A stretch of DNA of 53,294 nt from positions 1 through 53,294 of IMG/VR virus record IMGVR_UViG_3300009120_000072; one strand, given 5' to 3'. The position numbers and the translations under genes were made by a program. Below the pieces are notes generated by a model, which was not told the DNA's origin, searched no databases, and was given only the letters and a program-made list of their open reading frames with translations. Positions 38,809-47,585 of the stretch are shown here, piece after piece. The first letter of the stretch is position 1. The number at the start of each line of letters is the position of its first letter. Origin of the DNA: a virus (taxonomy: Duplodnaviria > Caudoviricetes).

Positions 38809-40206
38809 TTATTTAAGGCATTCTGTTATAAATGTTTGATGCGCTTTAAATAAATTTTTCAATGTTGCTGGTGTGGGTATTGTATCAGTATTATGTGCGA
38901 AGCCGTTGAACATTTGGTTAAGCACTTCTGAATCCGCCTTTAATTGAGCTTTTTGTGACAATGTAATTTTGTTTTCATTATAGAGAGACTCCCTAGCATC
39001 CTTTAGAAGCTTCTCGAATTTCATCTCTTCTAGTAAACCTCCATTACTCTTATTTTCTAGGTAATGCTTTGCGGCTAATTCAAACAATACGCGAAGTAGC
39101 AATCCACATGCATTTGGATATTTTTCAACATTCAATTTTTTAAGTTCATCAATAATTGAAGACATTCTATGGTTTCTAGATCCAATAGAATGCGACATTG
39201 GAATTATTGATATGCAATTCGAGAATATACTACTAGGTGTTATTGCTGCTTCTTCTGTTGTATCAATGTTATTATTTTGATTAGGTTCATTACGGTCAGA
39301 ATTTACGATTCTTCCTATTTCTTCACTATCATCGCTTAGGATTCTATCGTTAAAATCTAGTTGAGTGGAATTTCCATCTGATGAAACAACTGTTTCCTCT
39401 TCATCATATTGATATGTTGCTACACCAAATAACTCTTGGTTCACTTCATCAAGAAAAACTTGTATTTTTTCATTATCATAAACAATTCCAACTGTACGAT
39501 TTTTTAGTTTCTCGATGACTGTTCTAATTTTCAAAGTGAATAACCTCAAATCATCTGGTAACTTATAATTTGACTGTTGTTTCTCAAGTCCTAAGAAATC
39601 TCTACCTTTTTTAAGCAAAAGTCTTTCCCAGTTAGTTTTTGAAACAGATCTTATCTCATGGAAACTCAGGATATTCAGTTCAACCAATCTCTCCCAAAAG
39701 TCAATTAAGGCGTTTACGCCATACATTCTTTGTTCATATCTGGATTTCTGAACACTGTCCCATCCATCAATCCCTCTACCTTTATTCAAACCAAGATGTC
39801 TGATTTGGATCCAGTGTTGAAGCTTCGGATCTTCCCAACTTTCGAACACGACACATTCTATTTCCTTTGGAGGAATATTTGCCGTGGAAGCCCTTAAGTC
39901 AACAAATCTACGGTAAATTCGAGGGTCTATGTCTTTAATGATTGTAGGTTCATTAAGGATGATTATTGCTGAAAGTCTTCTGTTTCCTTCAGCTATTTTG
40001 TACATATTGTTTCCAGTAGGATATGCAGCCCAAGAATCAATTGGGCTTAATCCAAAATATAGAATATCTTCAGCTAGTACAAATAGTTTATCCTTTTGAT
40101 TTTCAACCATTTCTCGTAGAATATCTTGTGTATCATCATAAATGCTAAGCCTTGGATTGTCATCTGAAAGTACAAGTCTTTCAATAGGTATCACCATTCT
40201 AGTCAT
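38809..40206 (-). CDS. ParB/Srx-like N-terminal domain protein with a HEPN-like C-terminal domain
   Basis: DNPRL, AEGNRRLSA; acidic linker; NACGLLLRVLFELA...NGFAHN. Confidence 0.7.
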   Translation of the reverse strand: MTRMVIPIERLVLSDDNPRLSIYDDTQDILREMVENQKDKLFVLAEDILYFGLSPIDSWAAYPTGNNMYKIAEGNRRLSAIIILNEPTIIKDIDPRIYRRFVDLRASTANIPPKEIECVVFESWEDPKLQHWIQIRHLGLNKGRGIDGWDSVQKSRYEQRMYGVNALIDFWERLVELNILSFHEIRSVSKTNWERLLLKKGRDFLGLEKQQSNYKLPDDLRLFTLKIRTVIEKLKNRTVGIVYDNEKIQVFLDEVNQELFGVATYQYDEEETVVSSDGNSTQLDFNDRILSDDSEEIGRIVNSDRNEPNQNNNIDTTEEAAITPSSIFSNCISIIPMSHSIGSRNHRMSSIIDELKKLNVEKYPNACGLLLRVLFELAAKHYLENKSNGGLLEEMKFEKLLKDARESLYNENKITLSQKAQLKADSEVLNQMFNGFAHNTDTIPTPATLKNLFKAHQTFITECLK

Positions 40207-40363
40207 ACAATACCCCCAATAAAACAATTAATGAATTTCTCACTGTTATCATGTTTTCCTCCCACAGTATATATTGAAACCTTAGTTAAGGGTCAATACT
40301 TCTAAAAGTAAATCAATCATCTTTTGATAATATTAGTTGTGAGGACTTGATTACCCATTTATC

Positions 40364-41188
40364 TCAATTTTCCTTCTTGGGTAGATCTGCCATAATTTTT
40401 AAAATCTCGGTTTTTAACACAGCTGCACTAGAACCACGAATAAGATGAAGGAATAATACAACAGTCTTATCCATTAAGTCCATCAATGTCTTATCGTCGA
40501 ATCTTTTATATTTCTCGTGTCGGAAGAGATTCATAGATTGTTTTACTTTTTCAAAAGTATCTTTCTGTCCGTTAATGTCCAAAGTTCTCGAATTATCTTC
40601 AAGATAGATGTATAAATCCCTAATAATAGCTATCTTGGCTGTTATATTATTACGACTTCGTAAGTCAAAAAAAGATTTAAGGCTATGTTCAACATCAACT
40701 TTTAGTGATGGAACTATAGACTCTAAATCAACGTCCTTCTTCCTCAAAACAATGTAAGTATGATCAATTTTCGGATCATCAAAATGATCGATTTCATAAT
40801 TCAAAGCCTCAATAAAATATCTTAAGTCGCTAATGACCTTATCGAACGCTTCCCGACTTAAGCCGTGATTTAAGTCCTTCTCAAACTGAGGTATTAGTCT
40901 TATGAAATTTAAGTAAAATTCGATTTTAAGAAGCGCAAAAATTTGAATATCTTCTTCAGATGTTGGATTTGTATTTACTCCTCTTTCTTCAAAGTATTCA
41001 TTCAGATTTCGTGATGTATTAACAAATGGCAATTTCAGAAAGTTCTCTTCAAGTAAATCATTGAAACTGACTAAGCCAATATAGTCAATATGAAACATTC
41101 TCTTTTTAAGTAAGAAATTCTCTATTTTATCGAATTCTCTGTTGAGATTAAACTGTTGATTCAGTTCAAATAAATTTCTTCTTGTCAT
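40364..41188 (-). CDS. Hypothetical protein, possible HEPN/Abi
   Basis: Helical, AT-rich, C-terminal NLFRH motif; directly downstream of the repressor. Confidence 0.55.
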   Translation of the reverse strand: MTRRNLFELNQQFNLNREFDKIENFLLKKRMFHIDYIGLVSFNDLLEENFLKLPFVNTSRNLNEYFEERGVNTNPTSEEDIQIFALLKIEFYLNFIRLIPQFEKDLNHGLSREAFDKVISDLRYFIEALNYEIDHFDDPKIDHTYIVLRKKDVDLESIVPSLKVDVEHSLKSFFDLRSRNNITAKIAIIRDLYIYLEDNSRTLDINGQKDTFEKVKQSMNLFRHEKYKRFDDKTLMDLMDKTVVLFLHLIRGSSAAVLKTEILKIMADLPKKEN

Positions 41189-41205
41189 ACTACCCCCCAG
41201 TATAT

Positions 41206-41823
41206 TTACACTCTTTTATTAATCACTAACACCAATTTTCCAATCACTCTGAATGAAATCGTATTTGGCGTTACCAATTGAGGTAAATAGTTATCATTAG
41301 CAGGTTGTAAAGTAATTATACCAGAAGCCTTATCTTGATAAAACTTCTTGCATGTTGCTTCGTTGTGATCTACGCAGAAACATCCTATTTTCCCATCTTC
41401 AATCACATCTGTTCTTTCAAACACTAATAAGTCTCCGGGTATGATATTTTCGCCAATCATTGAATCCCCTTGAGCATATTGACAAAAGTATTGCTTTTTC
41501 GGATTCAATAATGAACTAGGTAATGTAACATACTCTTCAATCAAGTCATCAAGAAATGTTGCAGAACCGCATGAAATACTTGAGTATTGTGGAATCTTTA
41601 TGAAACTATATTGATGTTTTTTTACTTGACTGAAAACAAGGTCATCTACAGTAACACCAAAACGCTCAGCTAGTAATTCTACCATCCCCATGTTTGGTTC
41701 TGTCCTACCAATCTCCCATGATGATATGGTTTTACCACTAATTCCTAAAAAGTGTGCTAAGTCATCTTGGCTTAAACTTCGAGACTCTCTCAGCTTCTTC
41801 AAGTTATCTTTAAAGTGAATCAT
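41206..41823 (-). CDS. CI-like repressor, XRE HTH + S24 peptidase
   Basis: LSQDDLA..TISSWEIGRTEP, SCG, GDSM, ATCKK; start set at MIHFK. Confidence 0.92.
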   Translation of the reverse strand: MIHFKDNLKKLRESRSLSQDDLAHFLGISGKTISSWEIGRTEPNMGMVELLAERFGVTVDDLVFSQVKKHQYSFIKIPQYSSISCGSATFLDDLIEEYVTLPSSLLNPKKQYFCQYAQGDSMIGENIIPGDLLVFERTDVIEDGKIGCFCVDHNEATCKKFYQDKASGIITLQPANDNYLPQLVTPNTISFRVIGKLVLVINKRV

Positions 41824-41848
41824 TATATCACTCCTCTTGTAATAATTA

Positions 41849-41953
41849 TACACATAATGTAGTGGACTGCAAATAGAAATTTGTGTTTAACAATTAAAAT
41901 GTATACAAAATGTAGATAATGATGTTGACAATCTACAATATGTAGAATAAAAT
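41849..41953. promoter_or_regulatory. Prophage 2 genetic switch: promoter and 15-bp operators
   Basis: TTGACA(41925)-17 bp-TAAAAT(41948) with TCTACAATATGTAGA (41932-41946) in the spacer; variants at 41849 and 41902. Confidence 0.8.
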
Positions 41954-41975
41954 GCAAATAGAAAGAGGTGATCGT

Positions 41976-42221
41976 ATGACAAATCTAAAGTTTGATCTCA
42001 AGAAGGCGAGGTTATTTAGGGGACTAAAGCAAGAAGATATAGCTGAGAAGATTGGAGTTCATGTTAATACTTATCAGAAGTGGGAAAGAAACCCAAAAAA
42101 GATTCCTATTGGTGCAGCCTCAGCAATTTCAGAATTACTAGAAATGCCGTTATCTATTTTTTTAAACAACAGTCTACAAAATGTAGATATAACTAATGAG
42201 AGTTCGGAGATTCCACTATGA
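41976..42221 (+). CDS. Cro-like XRE HTH protein
   Basis: LKKARLFRGLKQEDIAEKIGVHVNTYQKWE. Confidence 0.9.
   Translation: MTNLKFDLKKARLFRGLKQEDIAEKIGVHVNTYQKWERNPKKIPIGAASAISELLEMPLSIFLNNSLQNVDITNESSEIPL
42173..42187. promoter_or_regulatory. Operator copy in the cro 3' end
   Basis: TCTACAAAATGTAGA. Confidence 0.7.
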
Positions 42222-42970
42222 ATGAAGTGTCTGTTTTCAAAAAGCAAGAAGTATTGTCTAAGTGTTTTAGGGTATTTGGATCAGTTGAAGAGCCTTTGTT
42301 TCTTGCCAAGGATGTTGCTGACTGGATAGAACATTCAAATCATCGTGCAATGCTAGAAACAATCGATGAAGAGGAAAAGGGGGTAAGGATTGTTTACACC
42401 CCTGGCGGTAACCAAGAATCATGGTTTCTAACAGAAGATGGATTGTATGAAGTGCTTATGCAGTCTAGGAAACCAATTGCTAAAGCATTTAAGAAGGAAG
42501 TCAAAAAGATTCTGCGAGACATTAGACTTTACGGCACTTACTCGGTACCAAGAACATATACAGAGGCTTTACAGCTTGCAGTGGATCAACAAAGAAAAAT
42601 CGAGCAGCAGAGCCAATTAATTGGTGAGCTAAAACCAAGAGTTGATTATTTAGATAGAATCCTGAAATCAAAGTCCCTTGTGACTATAACTCAAATAGCA
42701 AAAGATTACGGAATGTCCGGATCTGCAATGAATCGTTTACTGCATGAACTTGGCATCCAGTTTAAACAGTCCGATCAATGGTTGTTATATCAAAAATATC
42801 ATGACAAAGGGTATACATTTAGTGAAACTTTCACCATTGAAGATGTCCCAGGTATCTCCAAGGTTGTCATGCAAACTAAATGGACACAAAAAGGACGTGT
42901 ATTTTTGTACAACCTGCTCAAATCAAACGGATATCTTCCAACCATAGAAAGGAGTCATGTGAATGAGTGA
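42218..42970 (+). CDS. Antirepressor, Bro-N + KilA-C/ANT domains
   Basis: FLAKDVA, LTEDGLYEVLMQSRKP; ITQIAKDYGMS. Confidence 0.9.
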   Translation: MNEVSVFKKQEVLSKCFRVFGSVEEPLFLAKDVADWIEHSNHRAMLETIDEEEKGVRIVYTPGGNQESWFLTEDGLYEVLMQSRKPIAKAFKKEVKKILRDIRLYGTYSVPRTYTEALQLAVDQQRKIEQQSQLIGELKPRVDYLDRILKSKSLVTITQIAKDYGMSGSAMNRLLHELGIQFKQSDQWLLYQKYHDKGYTFSETFTIEDVPGISKVVMQTKWTQKGRVFLYNLLKSNGYLPTIERSHVNE

Positions 42971-43205
42971 GTTCAATATTAACGGAAAGTATTATGTTAC
43001 TGTTACGGACATTAGACGATTATTCAAGTGTAGCCACAAAAAGGCTCAGAGGTTATTCGAAACTGCACTGCAACAAGAAGCCAAATCAGGTTACATATCT
43101 GTTCATGATAATAAAGTAGCACTTAAGACAGTTGTTAAACTTACAGGCTTTGATCTTAATTTGTACTTAAAGTTAATTCTCAAAAAAGTCGAAGATTCAA
43201 AATGA
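42963..43205 (+). CDS. Small HTH protein, possible excisionase
   Basis: YVTVTDIRRLFKCS; position after the antirepressor. Confidence 0.45.
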   Translation: MSEFNINGKYYVTVTDIRRLFKCSHKKAQRLFETALQQEAKSGYISVHDNKVALKTVVKLTGFDLNLYLKLILKKVEDSK

Positions 43206-43558
43206 GAAATCCTATAGTCCAGCTTGTTACTGCAGCACTTGAGAAGAAACTAAGGAAGTCTGAGTTCGATCATGATTACTACATCGATGTAGCAACTGGT
43301 GAAGTAAAAAAACGACTTTATGTAAAAAGAAAACATAAAAAGATATCTGAGGTTGAGGAATGAGGTATGAATTTGTTAATGAAAAAGGTGAAAAACTCTA
43401 CTCAAAATTAAATGGTGTTGTGTTTTCAACTTTTTCTCAGGATCATGTAGATTTGCTGCCTAAAAGTGTTAAAGACTATTTAGAGAAAAATGGCTTTAAG
43501 AAAGTTGAGGTCAGAATAGAGGAATGAAAAATCCAATAAAAGATGAAGACTACCAAGA

Positions 43559-43792
43559 GTGGCCGGAACCAAAATGGAACTAAGGAAATTTCAAGTTTGG
43601 ATTGAAACAAAATCCGGACCTATAAGAATTGATGTAGAAGCAGGTGATCCAACTAAAGCCGAGCAGAGCGCTTATTTGAAGTTATCCCACCAATTTGGCA
43701 ATACCAAAGGGTTTCGCACAATTGCGATTATTCCCGAACCACTCACACCATTTAAAAGCCCTTATGTAAGGCTTATGGAGGAACGAAATTGA
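43559..43792 (+). CDS. Hypothetical phage protein
   Basis: ORF in the early operon; start uncertain. Confidence 0.55.
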   Translation: MAGTKMELRKFQVWIETKSGPIRIDVEAGDPTKAEQSAYLKLSHQFGNTKGFRTIAIIPEPLTPFKSPYVRLMEERN

Positions 43793-43877
43793 AAGGATAT
43801 AGATTGAAATGGTGGGTAACACCAATGCTGGCAGTGATTTGGCATATCTTTATATGGCTTTGGGCGGTAAGTAAGTT

Positions 43878-44114
43878 ATGAAGATCATTGTACAGGGAAT
43901 AGAATTGAATGTAATCGCATTATGGATGGATGTAGCATTGAGCGAGGGATGGAATGAAATCACTCCCTACGTCGTTTGCTGGGGATTTCGTGAAAAAGAA
44001 GGTAGTTATCTATGGGATGGAGCTCGTTATTATTCAAATATCTTCAGCGCAAAAGCTGATTGGAGGGAGAAATCTGAAATATGGGATATATTGTATATTT
44101 CATCATCGGTGTGA
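43878..44114 (+). CDS. Hypothetical Trp-rich phage protein
   Basis: ORF in the early operon. Confidence 0.5.
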   Translation: MKIIVQGIELNVIALWMDVALSEGWNEITPYVVCWGFREKEGSYLWDGARYYSNIFSAKADWREKSEIWDILYISSSV

Positions 44115-44188
44115 TGTGGGGAATGGTTGGACTCTGGTGGTTTATTGATACCAAGTGTTACATCGTACCTAAGAAAAGGAATTGATTC

Positions 44189-45010
44189 ATGAACAAAAAT
44201 GAGATGGAATCCAAACTTGCAGATTTCATTTCTGAACTGAAGTACCAGGAAAAATCGACTGCAACCTTATCAAAGTACAAAGCAGACATCACGAAATTCA
44301 TAGAATTTATTGATCATAATGAACCGGTTACTAAGGACGACACATTAGCCTACAAGAACTATTTGTTTGAAGCATCTTATCTGCCTCGAAGCATCAACTC
44401 ATATGTAGTTGCATTGAATAAGTTCTTGTATTGGCTCAATCTAGGCGAGCTGACAATCAAAAAGCTTAAGATGCAACAGAAGTACAGTATCGATAATGTG
44501 CTAAGTCCAACTGACTATAAGAGGCTTCAGCGCTACGCAAAATTGCTTGGTTATGAGGAGTTGGCAATGATCATGAAAGTCATCGTAAGCACCGGTATAC
44601 GTGTCAGTGAGTTGAAATTTTTCACTGAAGAATCGATCAAGTCATTTTATATTCACGTCAGAAACAAGGGTAAGGATCGCGATATCATCCTTACCCAAGA
44701 ACTGGCCCGGGAACTTAGAAAATACTGCAGAGAGAACAAGATAACCAAAGGGTACGTATTTAGTTTGTCACCTAAACAGATATGGTATCGTCTTCAAAAG
44801 ATAGCTGCTTTGGCGAGAATCAACAAGGACAAAGCACACCCTCACAGTCTGCGTCATTTATTCGCTAAAGAGTATATGAGCACTTTCAACAACCCTTTGG
44901 AGCTGGCAGATCACTTAGGTCACAGTTCACTGGAAACCACAAGAATCTACTCTCGAACGACGAATGAAGAGAAGCGCAAAAAGCTTGAAAATATGTCAAA
45001 AAAGCGTTAA
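44189..45010 (+). CDS. Second, Xer-like tyrosine recombinase in the early region
   Basis: TGIRVSEL, HSLRH, LGHSSLETTRIY; long identical blocks with 6683-7513 (IKSFYIHVRNKGKDRDIILTQELARELRKYCR). Confidence 0.93.
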   Translation: MNKNEMESKLADFISELKYQEKSTATLSKYKADITKFIEFIDHNEPVTKDDTLAYKNYLFEASYLPRSINSYVVALNKFLYWLNLGELTIKKLKMQQKYSIDNVLSPTDYKRLQRYAKLLGYEELAMIMKVIVSTGIRVSELKFFTEESIKSFYIHVRNKGKDRDIILTQELARELRKYCRENKITKGYVFSLSPKQIWYRLQKIAALARINKDKAHPHSLRHLFAKEYMSTFNNPLELADHLGHSSLETTRIYSRTTNEEKRKKLENMSKKR

Positions 45011-45016
45011 AAAACA

Positions 45017-45123
45017 GGTCGAAAAAAGGCAAAAAGTATTCAACTCGAAAAACGCACGAAAAACGCACTGTTTAAGCATAGTTTCTGAGCGTTTTGCGAG
45101 GGAATATAATTCTAGGGTTATTT
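45017..45123 (+). other. Conserved non-coding element, copy 2
   Basis: GGTCGAAAA..CAAAAAGTATT, stem CTCGAAAAACGC/GCGTTTTGCGAG, loop CACTGTTTAA, then AATATAATTCTAGGGTTATTT; begins 7 nt after the recombinase stop. Confidence 0.75.
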
Positions 45124-45166
45124 CAAATCACATTGCATACGATTTATATAGTAAAACAAACGAAAG

Positions 45167-45361
45167 TTGGTGACTGAATTGCTTAAAAATAAAGGCACAC
45201 TTCCATGTGATCGTTGCGGCTGTTGGACCATTCTGAAGCCATACGATAACAGATTGCTTCTGTGTGATGATTGCATTCCAAAACAGGCAGAAGGTGATTC
45301 AACGAGATTTGAAATCATACAATTGAATATCGATGAGGAGATAAGAAATCATGGAAAATGA
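45167..45361 (+). CDS. Small zinc-ribbon protein
   Basis: KNKGTLPCDRCG...LLLCDDC; homologous to the 14385 N-terminus. Confidence 0.7.
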   Translation: MVTELLKNKGTLPCDRCGCWTILKPYDNRLLLCDDCIPKQAEGDSTRFEIIQLNIDEEIRNHGK

Positions 45362-45605
45362 TAAATTAATCAACGTCATCCAAGACAACTTGAAGCTGTT
45401 GAAAGAAGTAAATGACTTAAAGTATCAGCGGACAAGACTGATCAATCACATCATTGACTTGCATATGTACCGAATCAAAATGGGATTTACGAGAATCGAC
45501 GATTATGAAGAACTCGTATCATTGGGAATTACCCAGGAACAAATCACGAATAGACTGATGTTTCATATCGGCAGTCATCCGACTGGGGAGGAAAATCATG
45601 AATAA
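45351..45605 (+). CDS. Hypothetical phage protein
   Basis: GAGGAG RBS, in operon. Confidence 0.6.
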   Translation: MENDKLINVIQDNLKLLKEVNDLKYQRTRLINHIIDLHMYRIKMGFTRIDDYEELVSLGITQEQITNRLMFHIGSHPTGEENHE

Positions 45606-45753
45606 GCATTGTGATATTTGTGCATTCAACAATGAGGGTTTCTGCGAGTTTCATGTGAGGTTTACAGCTTGGATGTTTTCAAACTACTGTGATCAGTTTA
45701 AGGAAAGAGGAACAGATAATCAAATGCAAGTTGAAATAGTGGAGGTTGAGTAA
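45598..45753 (+). CDS. Small Cys-rich protein, not in the ORF track
   Basis: MNKHCDICAFNNEGFCEFHVRFTAWMFSNYCD; GGGGAGG RBS; TAATG-coupled to the next gene. Confidence 0.78.
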   Translation: MNKHCDICAFNNEGFCEFHVRFTAWMFSNYCDQFKERGTDNQMQVEIVEVE

Positions 45754-46277
45754 TGGCACAACGACGAATGTTTGCACAAACCATTATTGACTCAGATGCA
45801 TTCCTTGATATGCCAAATACTTCCCAGCTTCTGTACTTTCATCTGGCTATGAGAGCAGACGATGATGGGTTCATCAACAAGCCTAAGGGAATAATGAGAA
45901 TTGTCGGAGCCAAAGATGATGATTTGAAAGTCCTGATCACAAAGAAATTCATCATACCATTCGAGTCCGGTGTCGTGGTTATAAAGCACTGGAGAATCCA
46001 TAACTACATCCAAAAAGACAGATACATTGAGACAAAATACAAGGATGAAAAGTCACAACTTGACTATGATGAAAACAATGCATACAAGCTTTTGGATACA
46101 GAATGTATACATAATGTACACGAATTGGAGACTCAGGTTAGGTTAGGTAAGGATAGGTTAGGTAAGGATAGTAATAATAGTAGGACATTCGTCCAACCCT
46201 CTCTAGAAGATGAGCCAACCAAGGAGATAATAGATCGAAAGAGTCTGATTGAGAAAATTAAGGGGGAGACGAAATGA
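45753..46277 (+). CDS. Replisome organizer, N-terminal domain only (short)
   Basis: MAQRRMFAQTIIDSDAFLDMP, very similar to 7795-8571 up to QVRLGKD; GGTTAGGTAAGGATAG repeats. Confidence 0.85.
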   Translation: MAQRRMFAQTIIDSDAFLDMPNTSQLLYFHLAMRADDDGFINKPKGIMRIVGAKDDDLKVLITKKFIIPFESGVVVIKHWRIHNYIQKDRYIETKYKDEKSQLDYDENNAYKLLDTECIHNVHELETQVRLGKDRLGKDSNNSRTFVQPSLEDEPTKEIIDRKSLIEKIKGETK

Positions 46278-46858
46278 GGTGTATCATTGATCGAAAAAAA
46301 ATGATGGAGCTTCGAGAAAAAGCAGGATTGAAATATGCAGAGTGTGATCCATATACACATGTTCGATTTTCTGCAATTGCCGGCAATCTTGTCAGGTCAA
46401 TAACCTTTGAAGATGCGAAGACATTTGCGCAGTTATTCAATTGCTCAGTTGATGATTTCGTTGTCGAACAGTTTGAAGGCATCAGAGCAGTTGGAAAATT
46501 TACTTCAAAACTGAGGGTTTCAAAAAATCACAATAAGAAAAGAGCAGAGAAGAAGATTATGAAATCATCATTGCAGTACAAAGGAATCAATCTTAATCGC
46601 AACCCCAAATATGCTTACTTCAATGGAATCAATATCATTGTTGAAGAAAATTGCCATGACAGATTGAGGGAGCTAAATGCGAAAATGTCAGCATTAGCAA
46701 AAGAGTTCAAATATTTAATGTCAGAACGACAAATCTACATTGACGACATAGGAACCGCTATGCACTTGCAAGGCATCAATAAGCTTGTCGGTCCAGGATG
46801 GCAAATCAATCTAGTAAATGAAAATGGCGTAATATCCGCCAAGATGGAGAAAAAATGA
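46274..46858 (+). CDS. Hypothetical protein with an HTH-like N-terminus
   Basis: LREKAGL...AQLFNCSVDDF. Confidence 0.55.
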   Translation: MRCIIDRKKMMELREKAGLKYAECDPYTHVRFSAIAGNLVRSITFEDAKTFAQLFNCSVDDFVVEQFEGIRAVGKFTSKLRVSKNHNKKRAEKKIMKSSLQYKGINLNRNPKYAYFNGINIIVEENCHDRLRELNAKMSALAKEFKYLMSERQIYIDDIGTAMHLQGINKLVGPGWQINLVNENGVISAKMEKK

Positions 46859-47073
46859 AAGAAAGTGCCGGAAAGGAACGAGTTAAGGATGATTTGAAAG
46901 ACTACAATGGCAGAACCATTTCATTGGGAATGAAACTTGTAGATAAGTGGGGTGAAGTTGGAGCAGTTGAACACAACAATAACAGGGTTCACTGGGTAAC
47001 TAAGAATGGAACATACTGGTTAGGTACTGCGATCATCGAAGTATGGCAACTGACCATCAAGGAGGAAAAATGA
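46855..47073 (+). CDS. Hypothetical phage protein
   Basis: ATGA-coupled; LKDYNGRTI resembles a YopX-like segment. Confidence 0.5.
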   Translation: MKESAGKERVKDDLKDYNGRTISLGMKLVDKWGEVGAVEHNNNRVHWVTKNGTYWLGTAIIEVWQLTIKEEK

Positions 47074-47585
47074 AAGAAGCTCTTGAGAAACTAAATCAAG
47101 AAATGAGTGCGGAGCATTCTAAGGTAGAAGATGCCATTCATAATTGGCTTTGCGACCAAACCGACAATACAGAACTGATGAACGCAATTCTGATTAAAGG
47201 TAAAACCATCAAATCGGCAATGGGTTATGTAATGAAGAAAGTCAAAGAAGCTTCTAAAGGCAACATGGCCATGATGACTGACGACGAAGTATTTCCTTTG
47301 GTTCGTGATTATTATTTTAGTAAGGATAAGGTAGTCAATCATGATCCAAGTGTTCAAGTGACAATGGCTGCCGAACCAAAACCGACGGTTGAGAAAACCA
47401 AAGAGAAGCTTGTTACGGAAATCAAAATATCTCTTGATAAGAAATCAAAACAATCTCTTGAAACGATTATGCGACTTGAGGTGAGTGACGAAGAAAAGTT
47501 ACGAATGATCAGTTCGCTAAATCAGCAGGAAGAAGTCGTAGAGGAGAAAAAAGAAGATGAAAACTTGTCCTTATTCGATTTCTGA
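47070..47585 (+). CDS. PcfK-like protein
   Basis: EDAIHNWLCDQ, KGKTIKSAM, TDDEVF..VRDYY, LSLFDF tail. Confidence 0.78.
   Translation: MKEALEKLNQEMSAEHSKVEDAIHNWLCDQTDNTELMNAILIKGKTIKSAMGYVMKKVKEASKGNMAMMTDDEVFPLVRDYYFSKDKVVNHDPSVQVTMAAEPKPTVEKTKEKLVTEIKISLDKKSKQSLETIMRLEVSDEEKLRMISSLNQQEEVVEEKKEDENLSLFDF

Noticed and set aside
44964-45173. 69-aa ORF across the conserved element
   Set aside because: Overlaps the recombinase end, has no clear RBS, and the prophage 1 copy has no equivalent ORF in the track.
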